DNA from: Bordetella parapertussis
GTDB lineage: Bacteria > Pseudomonadota > Gammaproteobacteria > Burkholderiales > SG8-41
Length of the DNA stretch: 48,284 bases
Reading direction: 5' to 3'
Assembly (NCBI GenBank): GCA_945865805.1
Contig: CAMBGJ010000001.1
Span: 1 to 48,284 of the forward strand
Position 1 is the stretch's first letter, and each line of letters starts with the position of its first letter. A program made the translations under genes and the position numbers. Shown here piece after piece: positions 34,961 through 43,144 of this stretch. The notes below the pieces were generated by a model, which saw only the letters and a program-made list of their open reading frames with translations, searched no databases and was not told the origin of the DNA.

Positions 34961-36355
34961 ATGACTGTGCCGCTCGCGTCTGCGCCTACTATTTCGCAGC
35001 AACTGGCTGATTTTATTGATAAATTTGACGGCAGCGCGATTCCTGCCGCAGTGCGCGAGCGCGCCAAATACCTGATGCTCGACGCCATCGGCATCGCTTT
35101 TGCCTCCACGCACTACGCGTTCGCGCATCAACTTTTGTCGGGCATGCGCAGCCTTGCGGGCAGTGGCACGTGCAGCCTGATCGGCCTTGCCGACCCGTTG
35201 CCGCTACGCGATGCGGTGCTGATGAACGCCGCCCTGGTACACGGCCTGGATTACGACGACACGCATGTCGGCGCTATCGTGCACCCGACCGCGAGCGCGT
35301 TGCCGTGCGCGATGGGTGTGGCGCAATCCATCGATGCCAGCGGCGCTGATCTGCTGGCGGCCTACATCCTCGGTGTTGAAACCGTGGTGCGCGTGTGCGG
35401 CGCGGCCAAGGGTGGGTTTCACCATGCCGGGTTTCATCCGACGGGCATTGCCGCGCATTTTTCGTGTGCGTTGCAGGCGGGCTGGTTGTATGGCTTGAAT
35501 GCGCGGCAGTTGACGATGGCGCAAGGCCTCGTCGGCAGCACGGCGGCGGCGAGCCAGGAGTTTCTCGAAGAAGGCGCGTGGAACAAGCGTCTGCATCCCG
35601 GCTGGGCGAGCGTGGCGGGCATCACCGCGGCGCACCTCGCGCGCAACGGTTACGTCGGCCCGACTAAAACGTACGAAGGGCGCTTTGGCCTCTATCAAAT
35701 CCATTTGCAGGAACGCGCGAACGAGGTGGATTACGCCACCATCACGGCAAGGCTGGGCGAGCGTTGGGAGACCAGCGAAGTCGCCATCAAGCCGTATCCC
35801 GCCTGCCATCTGGTGCATGCCTGCGCCGATGCCGCCATTGCGCTGCGCAACAAACACCAGCTCAAGCCGGAAGACATCGTATCGGTGCAAGCACTGATCC
35901 CCGAACACGCCTTCCACATCATCGCCCAGCCCGAAGCCAACAAGATCAAGCCCACCAACGATTACGACGCCAAATTCAGCGTGCAATTTGTCACCGCCAC
36001 CTGCCTGGTGCTGGGCAAATGCGGCCTTGCCGAGCTGGAGCAGGATACGTTGAACAACCCGCTGATACTCGATCTCGCGCGGCGCGTAAGCTACGCCGCC
36101 GACCCCGATAGCACCTATCCGAAATATTTCTCCGGCGGCGTGGTCATCACCACACGCAACGGCCAAACCTTGCGTCACCACGAGCCGATCAATCGCGGCA
36201 CCGGCGAACGCGCGTTGACGGGCGACGAAATCAGCGCGAAGTATCGTGAGAATGCGGCGATGGTGTTGCCCACGCGGCGGGTGGAGCAGGTGCGTGACGC
36301 GATACTGGGGATTGAATCGCTATCGGCGCGGGCGTTTATGGCGCTGCTGCGCTAA
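34961..36355 (+). CDS. MmgE/PrpD-family protein (dehydratase / decarboxylase / isomerase superfamily; specificity unknown)
   Basis: 464 aa with LADFI....IP..V.ERAK...LD.IG...A......NAALVHGLDYDDTH....HP.... and a C-terminal domain typical of the family. Confidence 0.85.
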   Translation: MTVPLASAPTISQQLADFIDKFDGSAIPAAVRERAKYLMLDAIGIAFASTHYAFAHQLLSGMRSLAGSGTCSLIGLADPLPLRDAVLMNAALVHGLDYDDTHVGAIVHPTASALPCAMGVAQSIDASGADLLAAYILGVETVVRVCGAAKGGFHHAGFHPTGIAAHFSCALQAGWLYGLNARQLTMAQGLVGSTAAASQEFLEEGAWNKRLHPGWASVAGITAAHLARNGYVGPTKTYEGRFGLYQIHLQERANEVDYATITARLGERWETSEVAIKPYPACHLVHACADAAIALRNKHQLKPEDIVSVQALIPEHAFHIIAQPEANKIKPTNDYDAKFSVQFVTATCLVLGKCGLAELEQDTLNNPLILDLARRVSYAADPDSTYPKYFSGGVVITTRNGQTLRHHEPINRGTGERALTGDEISAKYRENAAMVLPTRRVEQVRDAILGIESLSARAFMALLR

Positions 36356-36445
36356 GAACCGGGTTAGCGGTGTCAGGTTCAGCAGCAGAGCCTGACGCGT
36401 TCGTGATCGGCATAGCCGTCTGCCGCATCGGCAGGATGAAAACAA

Positions 36446-36465
36446 CTAAGTATATGTTTTTAAAG
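36446..36465 (-). repeat. AT-rich box copy 9 (reverse orientation)
   Basis: Reverse complement is CTTTAAAAACATATACTTAG. It starts 2 nt beyond the ppk1 stop. Confidence 0.55.
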
Positions 36466-36467
36466 GA

Positions 36468-38564
36468 TTATTCTGACAAAGCCGATAACAAGCGGGCTTG
36501 TGCGCTGGCGTCTGCCGCGACGTCCGCCGGTGGCGCATGATACGCGCTGTGCTGATCCATGATCCACGCTTGGGCCGCGCACTCGAGATACGGCGTGAGG
36601 CCTTCGCCGATCACGCGCTGCTTTAACGCGGCATCCAGCACCGGAAAACTCACTTCGACGCGGCCGAAAAAGTTGCGTCCCATCCAGTCGGCGCTCGACA
36701 GATAAACATCTTCCTTGCCGCCGTTGAGAAAATAAAACACCCGCGAGTGTTCAAGAAAACGCCCGATGACCGAACGTACGCGGATGTTGTCCGACAAGCC
36801 GGGCATGCCTGGCCGCAGCGCGCACACGCCGCGCACGATCAAATCGATTTGCACGCCGGCCTTCGAGGCCTCATACAACGCGGCGATCACATCCGGCTCA
36901 AGCAGCGCGTTCATTTTGGCGACGATTTTCGCCGCGCGTCCGGCCTCGGCGTGCGCGGTTTCGGCGTGAATTGCACGCACGACATTGCGGTGCAGGGTGA
37001 ACGGCGCCTGCCACAAGTGTTTCAGTTTCGAGGCGCGGCCCAAACCCGTCAGTTGCAAAAACACCTCGTTGACATCAGCGGTGATGTCGTTGTCGCAAGT
37101 CAGCAGGCCGAAGTCGGTGTAGAGCTTGGCGGTGCGCGCATGGTAGTTGCCCGTGGCCATATGCACGTAACGGCGCAGGCCTGACTCCTCGCGCCGCACC
37201 ACAATCAGCAGCTTGGCGTGCGTTTTGTGGCCCACCACACCGTACACCACGTGCGCGCCCACGTCTTCGAGGCGCTGCGCCCAATTGATGTTGGCTTCTT
37301 CGTCAAAGCGCGCCATCAGCTCCAGAATCACCGTCACTTCCTTGCCGCTGCGCGCGGCAGTGATCAGGTTTTCCATCAGCACGGATTCCGTGCCGGTACG
37401 ATAGATGGTTTGCTTGATCGCCACCACGTGGGGGTCGCGCGCGGCTTCTTCGAGAAACGAAATCACCGGCTGAAACGACTGAAACGGGTGATACAGCAGA
37501 ATGTCGCCCTGGTTGATGGCGGTAAACATATTACCGGCGTTTTCAACGCACGCCGGCACGCCCGCCTTGAACACCGGGTATTTCAGATCGGGGCGGTTTA
37601 CACCGTCAGGCACGTTCATCAGCCACACCAGGTTCACCGGGCCGTCTACGTGATACACATCTTCCGCATCCAACTGAAATTGGCCGCGCAAAAATTCGCT
37701 GATGCCCGGCGGGCAATCGGCAGAGATTTCCAGCCGCACCTCGTCGCCGAACTGGCGCTGCGGCAACTCGCCGCGTAGTGCGGCGCGTAAATCTTTCACC
37801 TCTTCTTCATCGACGAAGAGATCGCTGTTGCGGGTGACACGAAACTGGTAACTCGCCACCACTTTCATGCCCGCGAACAACGCCGACACATGCGCGTGCA
37901 TTATCGAGCTCAACAGCACAAAATCGTAATGGCCCTCGGTCTGGGAGATACTCGCGGGCAATTGGATCACCCGCGGCAGCACGCGTGGTGCGGGCACGAT
38001 GGCGATGCCGGAGTTACGCCCGAACGCGTCCTTGCCCTGCAACTCGACAGCGAAATTCAGACTTTTATTCAACACGCGCGGAAACGGGTGCGACACATCG
38101 AGCCCGATGGGGGTCAACACCGGTATCACTTCGCGCGTGAAGTAATCCTTGATCCACGCGGCCTGCGCTTCGCTGAAGTCAGCCGGTTGCAGGAAGCGTA
38201 TGCCTTCGCGCGCGAGTGCGGGCGTGATGTCGTGGTTAAACAGCCGGTATTGCGCAGCGACCAGTTCGTGCGCCTCGCGCGCCACTTGCTGGTAGACCTG
38301 CTTGACCGGCATGCGATCCGGGCCGAAGGCGGGCGAGCCGGCTTCGATTTCCGCATGCAGACCGGCCACGCGTATTTCAAAAAATTCGTCGAGATTGTTG
38401 CTGACGATGCATAAAAACCGCAGGCGTTCCAGCACCGGAGTGACGGGGTTTTCCGCCTGCGCCAGCACGCGCCGGTTAAACGCGAGCTGGCCGAGTTCGC
38501 GGTTGAGAAACAGCTCGGGGGCTAGCGTGGCCACGGCCTCGGGGGAATTCGCTGTGAACGTCAT
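36468..38564 (-). CDS. ppk1: polyphosphate kinase 1
   Basis: 698 aa with FLNRELGQLAFNRRVL...LRFLCIVSNNLDEFFEIRV...GNYH..TA..YTD... and two PLD-like HKD-type regions. Confidence 0.95.
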   Translation of the reverse strand: MTFTANSPEAVATLAPELFLNRELGQLAFNRRVLAQAENPVTPVLERLRFLCIVSNNLDEFFEIRVAGLHAEIEAGSPAFGPDRMPVKQVYQQVAREAHELVAAQYRLFNHDITPALAREGIRFLQPADFSEAQAAWIKDYFTREVIPVLTPIGLDVSHPFPRVLNKSLNFAVELQGKDAFGRNSGIAIVPAPRVLPRVIQLPASISQTEGHYDFVLLSSIMHAHVSALFAGMKVVASYQFRVTRNSDLFVDEEEVKDLRAALRGELPQRQFGDEVRLEISADCPPGISEFLRGQFQLDAEDVYHVDGPVNLVWLMNVPDGVNRPDLKYPVFKAGVPACVENAGNMFTAINQGDILLYHPFQSFQPVISFLEEAARDPHVVAIKQTIYRTGTESVLMENLITAARSGKEVTVILELMARFDEEANINWAQRLEDVGAHVVYGVVGHKTHAKLLIVVRREESGLRRYVHMATGNYHARTAKLYTDFGLLTCDNDITADVNEVFLQLTGLGRASKLKHLWQAPFTLHRNVVRAIHAETAHAEAGRAAKIVAKMNALLEPDVIAALYEASKAGVQIDLIVRGVCALRPGMPGLSDNIRVRSVIGRFLEHSRVFYFLNGGKEDVYLSSADWMGRNFFGRVEVSFPVLDAALKQRVIGEGLTPYLECAAQAWIMDQHSAYHAPPADVAADASAQARLLSALSE

Positions 38565-38594
38565 AGCGGCGGCGCTGCCGCGCCGTCGCGCGCG

Positions 38595-38870
38595 TTATTT
38601 TTTGTCCGGCGCGACGTAGCCGACAGCCGCATCGGCACCGCCGCCGAAGAAATGTTTATCCATCTGCTGCGCCAGATAGTCGCGGGCTTTTTTGTCGGCA
38701 AGGCTGAGACGGTTTTCATTCACCAGCATCTTTTGTTGGTCGAGCCACTGCTTCCAGGCTTCTTTCGACACGCTGTCGAAAATGCGCTTGCCCAGATCGC
38801 CGGGATAGGGCGGGTAGTCCAGCCCTTCGGCTTCGCGGCCCAGTTTGATGCATTTAACGGTTCTCGCCAT
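38595..38870 (-). CDS. yggX: oxidative damage protection / Fe(2+)-trafficking protein YggX
   Basis: [42 protein letters not shown]...[10 protein letters not shown]. Confidence 0.9.
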   Translation of the reverse strand: MARTVKCIKLGREAEGLDYPPYPGDLGKRIFDSVSKEAWKQWLDQQKMLVNENRLSLADKKARDYLAQQMDKHFFGGGADAAVGYVAPDKK

Positions 38871-39000
38871 CGGGGTTGCCTTGATTACTTTGGTCTAAGT
38901 ATTTGATATTACAGGAGTATGACAGCCTGTGCCGCATTCTGGAACAGCGGCGCGGCAACGGCTAAAACCGTCAATTACCATCAATAGGGGTCAGGAAAAT

Positions 39001-40758
39001 CTACGACAACGCGGTATGCGGCACTTGCAGGTGAAAGCCCTGCACATAATCCACGCCGAGCGAGGCGAGGATTTCCATCGTCGCCTGGTCTTCAACGCAC
39101 TCGGCGACGGTAGTTTTGTGCAAACCGCGCGCCACCATCACGATGGCCTGCACGAACAACTGATTTTCGGGGTCGTTGGGAAAATCGCGGATGAAAAGGC
39201 CATCGATCTTGATCGAATCCACGTTCACGTGCTTGAGATACGTGAACGAGGAAAAGCCGGTGCCGAAGTCATCCAGGCTCACGGTGCAGCCGGTGGCCTG
39301 CAAGGCGCTGATTAAACGCCGCGCGTCGTGCAGATCCGACACCACCGAGGTTTCGGTGACCTCGACCAGCAGCCGTTCGGGCGACACGCCGTTGCGCTTT
39401 AACTCACTGCCGATGAACGCCGGCACGGTGTCGTCGATCAGCGATCGGCCGGAGACATTCACCGCCAGCGCGGGGATGGTGGCATCACGCGCAAGGCTTT
39501 CGATCGCATGACGCAGCATCCAGCAATCGACGTCTACGATCATGCCGGATTTTTCCGCCCAGCCGATGAACTCGCCGGGCAGCGTCAACGGGCCGGCGTT
39601 GACGTCGTCGCGCAAACGCAGGAACACTTCGTAATGATGCAGCTTGCGATCGCGCGCCGCGTAAATCCCCTGGTAGTGCGGCACCAGCAGATGATTGTCC
39701 AGCGCATGGCGCACGCGCGCCTCGGACGACAAGGGTTGCTGCGGCGACGAGCGCGAGGCGTCGTTGGACGCGGTGCGGCAAAAGCGCCAGCAATTTTTGC
39801 CGGCCTCTTTGGCCTGATACATGGCCTCGTCGGCGCTGGCGATCAGCGCGTCCGGCGTGGTGGCGTTATCGGGATACAGGGCGATGCCGCAACTGCACGT
39901 CACCTGCATGCTCTCGCCCTCGAATTCAACCAGCGTCTGGCTGATCGAGCGGGTAATGCGGCTGGCCAGCAGCTTTAACACGTCTTCCGGTGCATCCGGT
40001 GCCAGGATGGCGAATTCGTCACCGCCCAGCCGCGCGAAGATTTCATTGCGCCGCACCTGGCTACTGACCACTTTGGCGATGCGGATCAGGGTGGCGTCGC
40101 CCGCGCGGTGGCCGTAGGTATCGTTGATATGCTTGAAGCCGTCGAGATCAAGGAACAGCAGCGCCAGCCGCGAGCGATTGCGTTGTGCGTCCGCGCACAT
40201 GCGCACGATCTCTTCATTGAAGCGGTGGCGATTGTATAACCCGGTTAGCGCATCGCGTTCGGCGAGATGCGTCAGTTGTGTGGCGTTTCGCCGCGCCACG
40301 GTAACATCCTCGTACACCCACATGCGGCCCCACGGCTGCCCTACGCCCTGCGCATCCGTATGCAGCACCAGATGGCTTTGTTGCGTGATCTGGCGCCCGT
40401 CGGCCATCGGTAAATCGAGCTTGACCTCGGTGTTGGCGTCGGGTGCCGCGCGCATCAAAAAGCGCGACTGTTCGCCAGGGCGCGCCAGCATGCTGCTCGC
40501 GGTGGCGAGCAATTCGTCGAGACTCACGCCGGCGATCGAGGACTCCGTTGGCATTTTCCAGATGCGCAAAAACGCCGCGTTGCAACACACCACGCGCTCA
40601 TCCGGCGACAAAAACACCACGCCGTACTCCAGGCTGTTGAGCAACGCCCACGGGTTTGCGTCGACCTCCGGCGTATCGAGCCGGGGCGAGGCGGACACCC
40701 TGGTTGCCTTGCCGCCGCGTGTGCTACGCGCATTGTCCGGGTTGGGTGGTTTGTTCAT
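39001..40758 (-). CDS. PAS-GGDEF-EAL cyclic-di-GMP signalling protein
   Basis: RLGGDEFAIL (GGDEF). The EAL domain shows EVFLRL, NVS, DDFGTGFSS, VKIDG and AECVED. Confidence 0.9.
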   Translation of the reverse strand: MNKPPNPDNARSTRGGKATRVSASPRLDTPEVDANPWALLNSLEYGVVFLSPDERVVCCNAAFLRIWKMPTESSIAGVSLDELLATASSMLARPGEQSRFLMRAAPDANTEVKLDLPMADGRQITQQSHLVLHTDAQGVGQPWGRMWVYEDVTVARRNATQLTHLAERDALTGLYNRHRFNEEIVRMCADAQRNRSRLALLFLDLDGFKHINDTYGHRAGDATLIRIAKVVSSQVRRNEIFARLGGDEFAILAPDAPEDVLKLLASRITRSISQTLVEFEGESMQVTCSCGIALYPDNATTPDALIASADEAMYQAKEAGKNCWRFCRTASNDASRSSPQQPLSSEARVRHALDNHLLVPHYQGIYAARDRKLHHYEVFLRLRDDVNAGPLTLPGEFIGWAEKSGMIVDVDCWMLRHAIESLARDATIPALAVNVSGRSLIDDTVPAFIGSELKRNGVSPERLLVEVTETSVVSDLHDARRLISALQATGCTVSLDDFGTGFSSFTYLKHVNVDSIKIDGLFIRDFPNDPENQLFVQAIVMVARGLHKTTVAECVEDQATMEILASLGVDYVQGFHLQVPHTALS

Positions 40759-40767
40759 GGGCGCGGC

Positions 40768-41016
40768 TCAGGATTGCGGTCGGGAAATTTTCGCGTACAG
40801 GGCAATCGCGGCGCTCAACGCAACCGCAGCTGTAGCGATGGCCATGCTGCGGTCTTCGGCCACCTCGTCTTCAGTGGTTATGGCATCCAGGCCGGCGGCG
40901 AGCGTCACCCCCAGCAGCAGGCACATCGACAGCAACCCGGCGAGCACGCCGTGTTTTTGCAAAAACCCGCCTATCATCCCTGTCGCCCCTTTTCTTCGCC
41001 TGCTTAATTTTGTCAC
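40768..41016 (-). CDS. small two-helix membrane protein (hypothetical)
   Basis: 82 aa with two hydrophobic segments, packed between argA and the GGDEF-EAL gene on the same strand. No family was recognised. Confidence 0.4.
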   Translation of the reverse strand: MTKLSRRRKGATGMIGGFLQKHGVLAGLLSMCLLLGVTLAAGLDAITTEDEVAEDRSMAIATAAVALSAAIALYAKISRPQS

Positions 41017-41021
41017 GCGGC

Positions 41022-42356
41022 CTACAGCTTCTTGGTTAACACCACCGAGCGCCGCTGGTAGTTATACATTTCGCGTTTTTGCGCCGGCAAGCCATCCACA
41101 TCCACTTCAGCGAAACCATGCTCGACGAACCAGTGTTCGGCACGCGTGGTCAGCACGAATAGTTTTTTAAAGCGCTTGCGGCGCGCGCGCTGCTCCATGG
41201 CCTCGAGTATGCGCTCGCCGGCATCGCGCCCGCGAAAATCCGGGTGCACCACCAGGCAGGCCAGCTCCGCCGCGTGCTCCTCGGCAAACGGATACAGCGC
41301 CGCGCAACCGATGATCATGCCGTCGTGATCGAGCACCGCAAAGCGGTTGATCTCCATTTCCAGCAGATCGCGTCCGCGCTTGACCAGCGTGCCGTCGGCT
41401 TCCAGCGGCTGAATCAGGCTCAAGATGCCGCCGATGTCGCCGATTTTCGCGTCGCGCAGTTTTTCCACCGGATCGGGCGCGATCATGGTGCCCACGCCCT
41501 GATGCGTAAACAATTCCTGCAGCAATGCGCCGTCGTGCAGGCGCGAGATAAGATGCGCACGCTTGACCCCCGATTCGCACGCACGCACCGCGCTGGGCAG
41601 ATAAAAGCGCGCATCACCGTCTAAGGAATTATCCTTTTTAATCAATAACTTACTGGCTTGCATCGGCGTCAATTCGCGCAACAGGTTGCCGCGCTTATTG
41701 GTCACGCCGGGTTTGTCCATCATGAAAATCAGCTTTTCGGCTTTTAACGCTACCGCCACCGCCTCGGCGACGCTTTCCAGCGCGACGTTAAAAATTTCGC
41801 CGGTGGCCGAATAACCCAGCGGTGACAGCAACACCAGTTCGCCGAATTTAAGCCGGTCTTCGATGGCCGCGACATCGATTTTGCGCACCTCCCCCGTATG
41901 CTGTAAATCCACGCCGTCCAGGATGCCCAAGGGTTTAGCCGTGACAAAATTTCCGCTCGATACGCGGATATCCGCGCCCGCCATGGGCGAGTTGGGCAGC
42001 CCCATCGACAGCAACGCCTCGATTTCAACGCGTAGCCGCCCGCTGGCTTCCTTGGCGAGGCTAAGCGTGATGTCGTCGGTGACACGCAGGCCGCGCACAT
42101 AGCTGGTCTTGTGGCCGATCTCCTTTAATTTGGCGTCGATCTGCGCACGTGCGCCGTGCACCACCACCAGCCGCACGCCCAGCGCCGCCAGCAGATTCAG
42201 ATCGTGATTCAGCCCGACAAAACGCGCCTCGGACATCACCTCGCCGCCGAAGGCGATCACAAACGTGCGCCCGCGAAAGGCGTGGATATACGGTGCCGCC
42301 GCTCGGAACCACTGCACGAATTTATCGGGCGCCTTGTCGGGAACTGCAGCGGCCAT
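41022..42356 (-). CDS. argA: amino-acid N-acetyltransferase (N-acetylglutamate synthase)
   Basis: 444 aa, colinear with E. coli ArgA (FR.A.PYI...RG.TFVI..GGE...; C-terminal GNAT with LTTR..HWF.E.GF). Confidence 0.95.
   Translation of the reverse strand: MAAAVPDKAPDKFVQWFRAAAPYIHAFRGRTFVIAFGGEVMSEARFVGLNHDLNLLAALGVRLVVVHGARAQIDAKLKEIGHKTSYVRGLRVTDDITLSLAKEASGRLRVEIEALLSMGLPNSPMAGADIRVSSGNFVTAKPLGILDGVDLQHTGEVRKIDVAAIEDRLKFGELVLLSPLGYSATGEIFNVALESVAEAVAVALKAEKLIFMMDKPGVTNKRGNLLRELTPMQASKLLIKKDNSLDGDARFYLPSAVRACESGVKRAHLISRLHDGALLQELFTHQGVGTMIAPDPVEKLRDAKIGDIGGILSLIQPLEADGTLVKRGRDLLEMEINRFAVLDHDGMIIGCAALYPFAEEHAAELACLVVHPDFRGRDAGERILEAMEQRARRKRFKKLFVLTTRAEHWFVEHGFAEVDVDGLPAQKREMYNYQRRSVVLTKKL
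41635..41653 (+). repeat. degenerate AT-rich box inside argA (exact IHF-type core AATCAATAACTTA)
   Basis: TTTTTAATCAATAACTTAC sits within an AT-rich patch that encodes ...ASKLLIKKDNSLD... on the minus strand. Confidence 0.3.
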
Positions 42357-42436
42357 CAGCGGAACCTTGTAGGGGGTGTAGGGGTATTAGTATAAGCGGG
42401 ATTGCGTGGCAAACCAAGATGGTGACGTAAAGGCTG

Positions 42437-42515
42437 TTTACCACGGAACACGCGGCATACACGGAAAAATTCAGTCCCAAGCCCTTCCGTGTAGTCCGCG
42501 TGTTCCGTGGTTAAA
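42437..42515. repeat. family A long palindrome (TTTA(A)CCACGGAACAC subtype)
   Basis: tttaccacggaacacgcggcatacacggaa pairs with ttccgtgtagtccgcgtgttccgtggttaaa. The right end contains the TAA stop (42511-42513, minus strand) of the 5-FCL gene. Confidence 0.85.
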
Positions 42516-43113
42516 GGTGTTGACCTTCGCCGCCGTAAAGTGTCCGTTCCGTCACCACCAAATCCACCCGCCGATCAGTGGCGGTGGTGGGTAGCTCGTC
42601 AACCACTTGCACCTCGAACGCCGCCGCCACCTGCGCCGGATTGTGGGCGCAACTTTCGATCAGCCGGTCGTAAAAACCCGCGCCGTAGCCGAGACGTTTG
42701 CTGCGCGGAGTGAATACTAACCCCGGCACTAAAATCCATTCTAAATCAGATACTTGCATTTCGTTAGTGATATCAGGGCGCGGTTCCAGGATGCCCCAAA
42801 CGCCGGGCTGTAAATCGCGTTGTAAATCCGTCACCCCATGCAGCGCCAGCGTGTGCGAGCCGCGTTCCACGCGTGGCAGCAGCAGGCGTTTGCCATGGGC
42901 CAGCGCGTGGTCGATCAATGCGCGGCTGTCGAATTCGCTGCCGAAAGGCATGTAGGCCAGCACGCTGCGGGCGGCACGGTAGCTGTCGAGTTGCAGCAGG
43001 CGTTGGGTAATGCGTGCGCTGTAGTCAGCGCGGGTGGCCGCCGGTAACGCATCGCGGCGCGCTTTGATGGTGGCGCGTAGCGCGGTTTTGGCTTCGGCTA
43101 TGGAGGCCGTCAC
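42511..43113 (-). CDS. 5-formyltetrahydrofolate cyclo-ligase
   Basis: ...KTALRATIKARRDALP...I..RLL.L..Y..A..VLAYMPFGSE.D...L......GK.LLLPRV.........GILEP........DL.LVPGLVF...G.RLGYG.GFYDR. A GTG start at 43113 is proposed. The ORF-track start at 43185 would overlap tolC. Confidence 0.75.
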   Translation of the reverse strand: MTASIAEAKTALRATIKARRDALPAATRADYSARITQRLLQLDSYRAARSVLAYMPFGSEFDSRALIDHALAHGKRLLLPRVERGSHTLALHGVTDLQRDLQPGVWGILEPRPDITNEMQVSDLEWILVPGLVFTPRSKRLGYGAGFYDRLIESCAHNPAQVAAAFEVQVVDELPTTATDRRVDLVVTERTLYGGEGQHL

Positions 43114-43144
43114 GGCGATGCTGCGCGGCAGTGTGGATTTAGGA

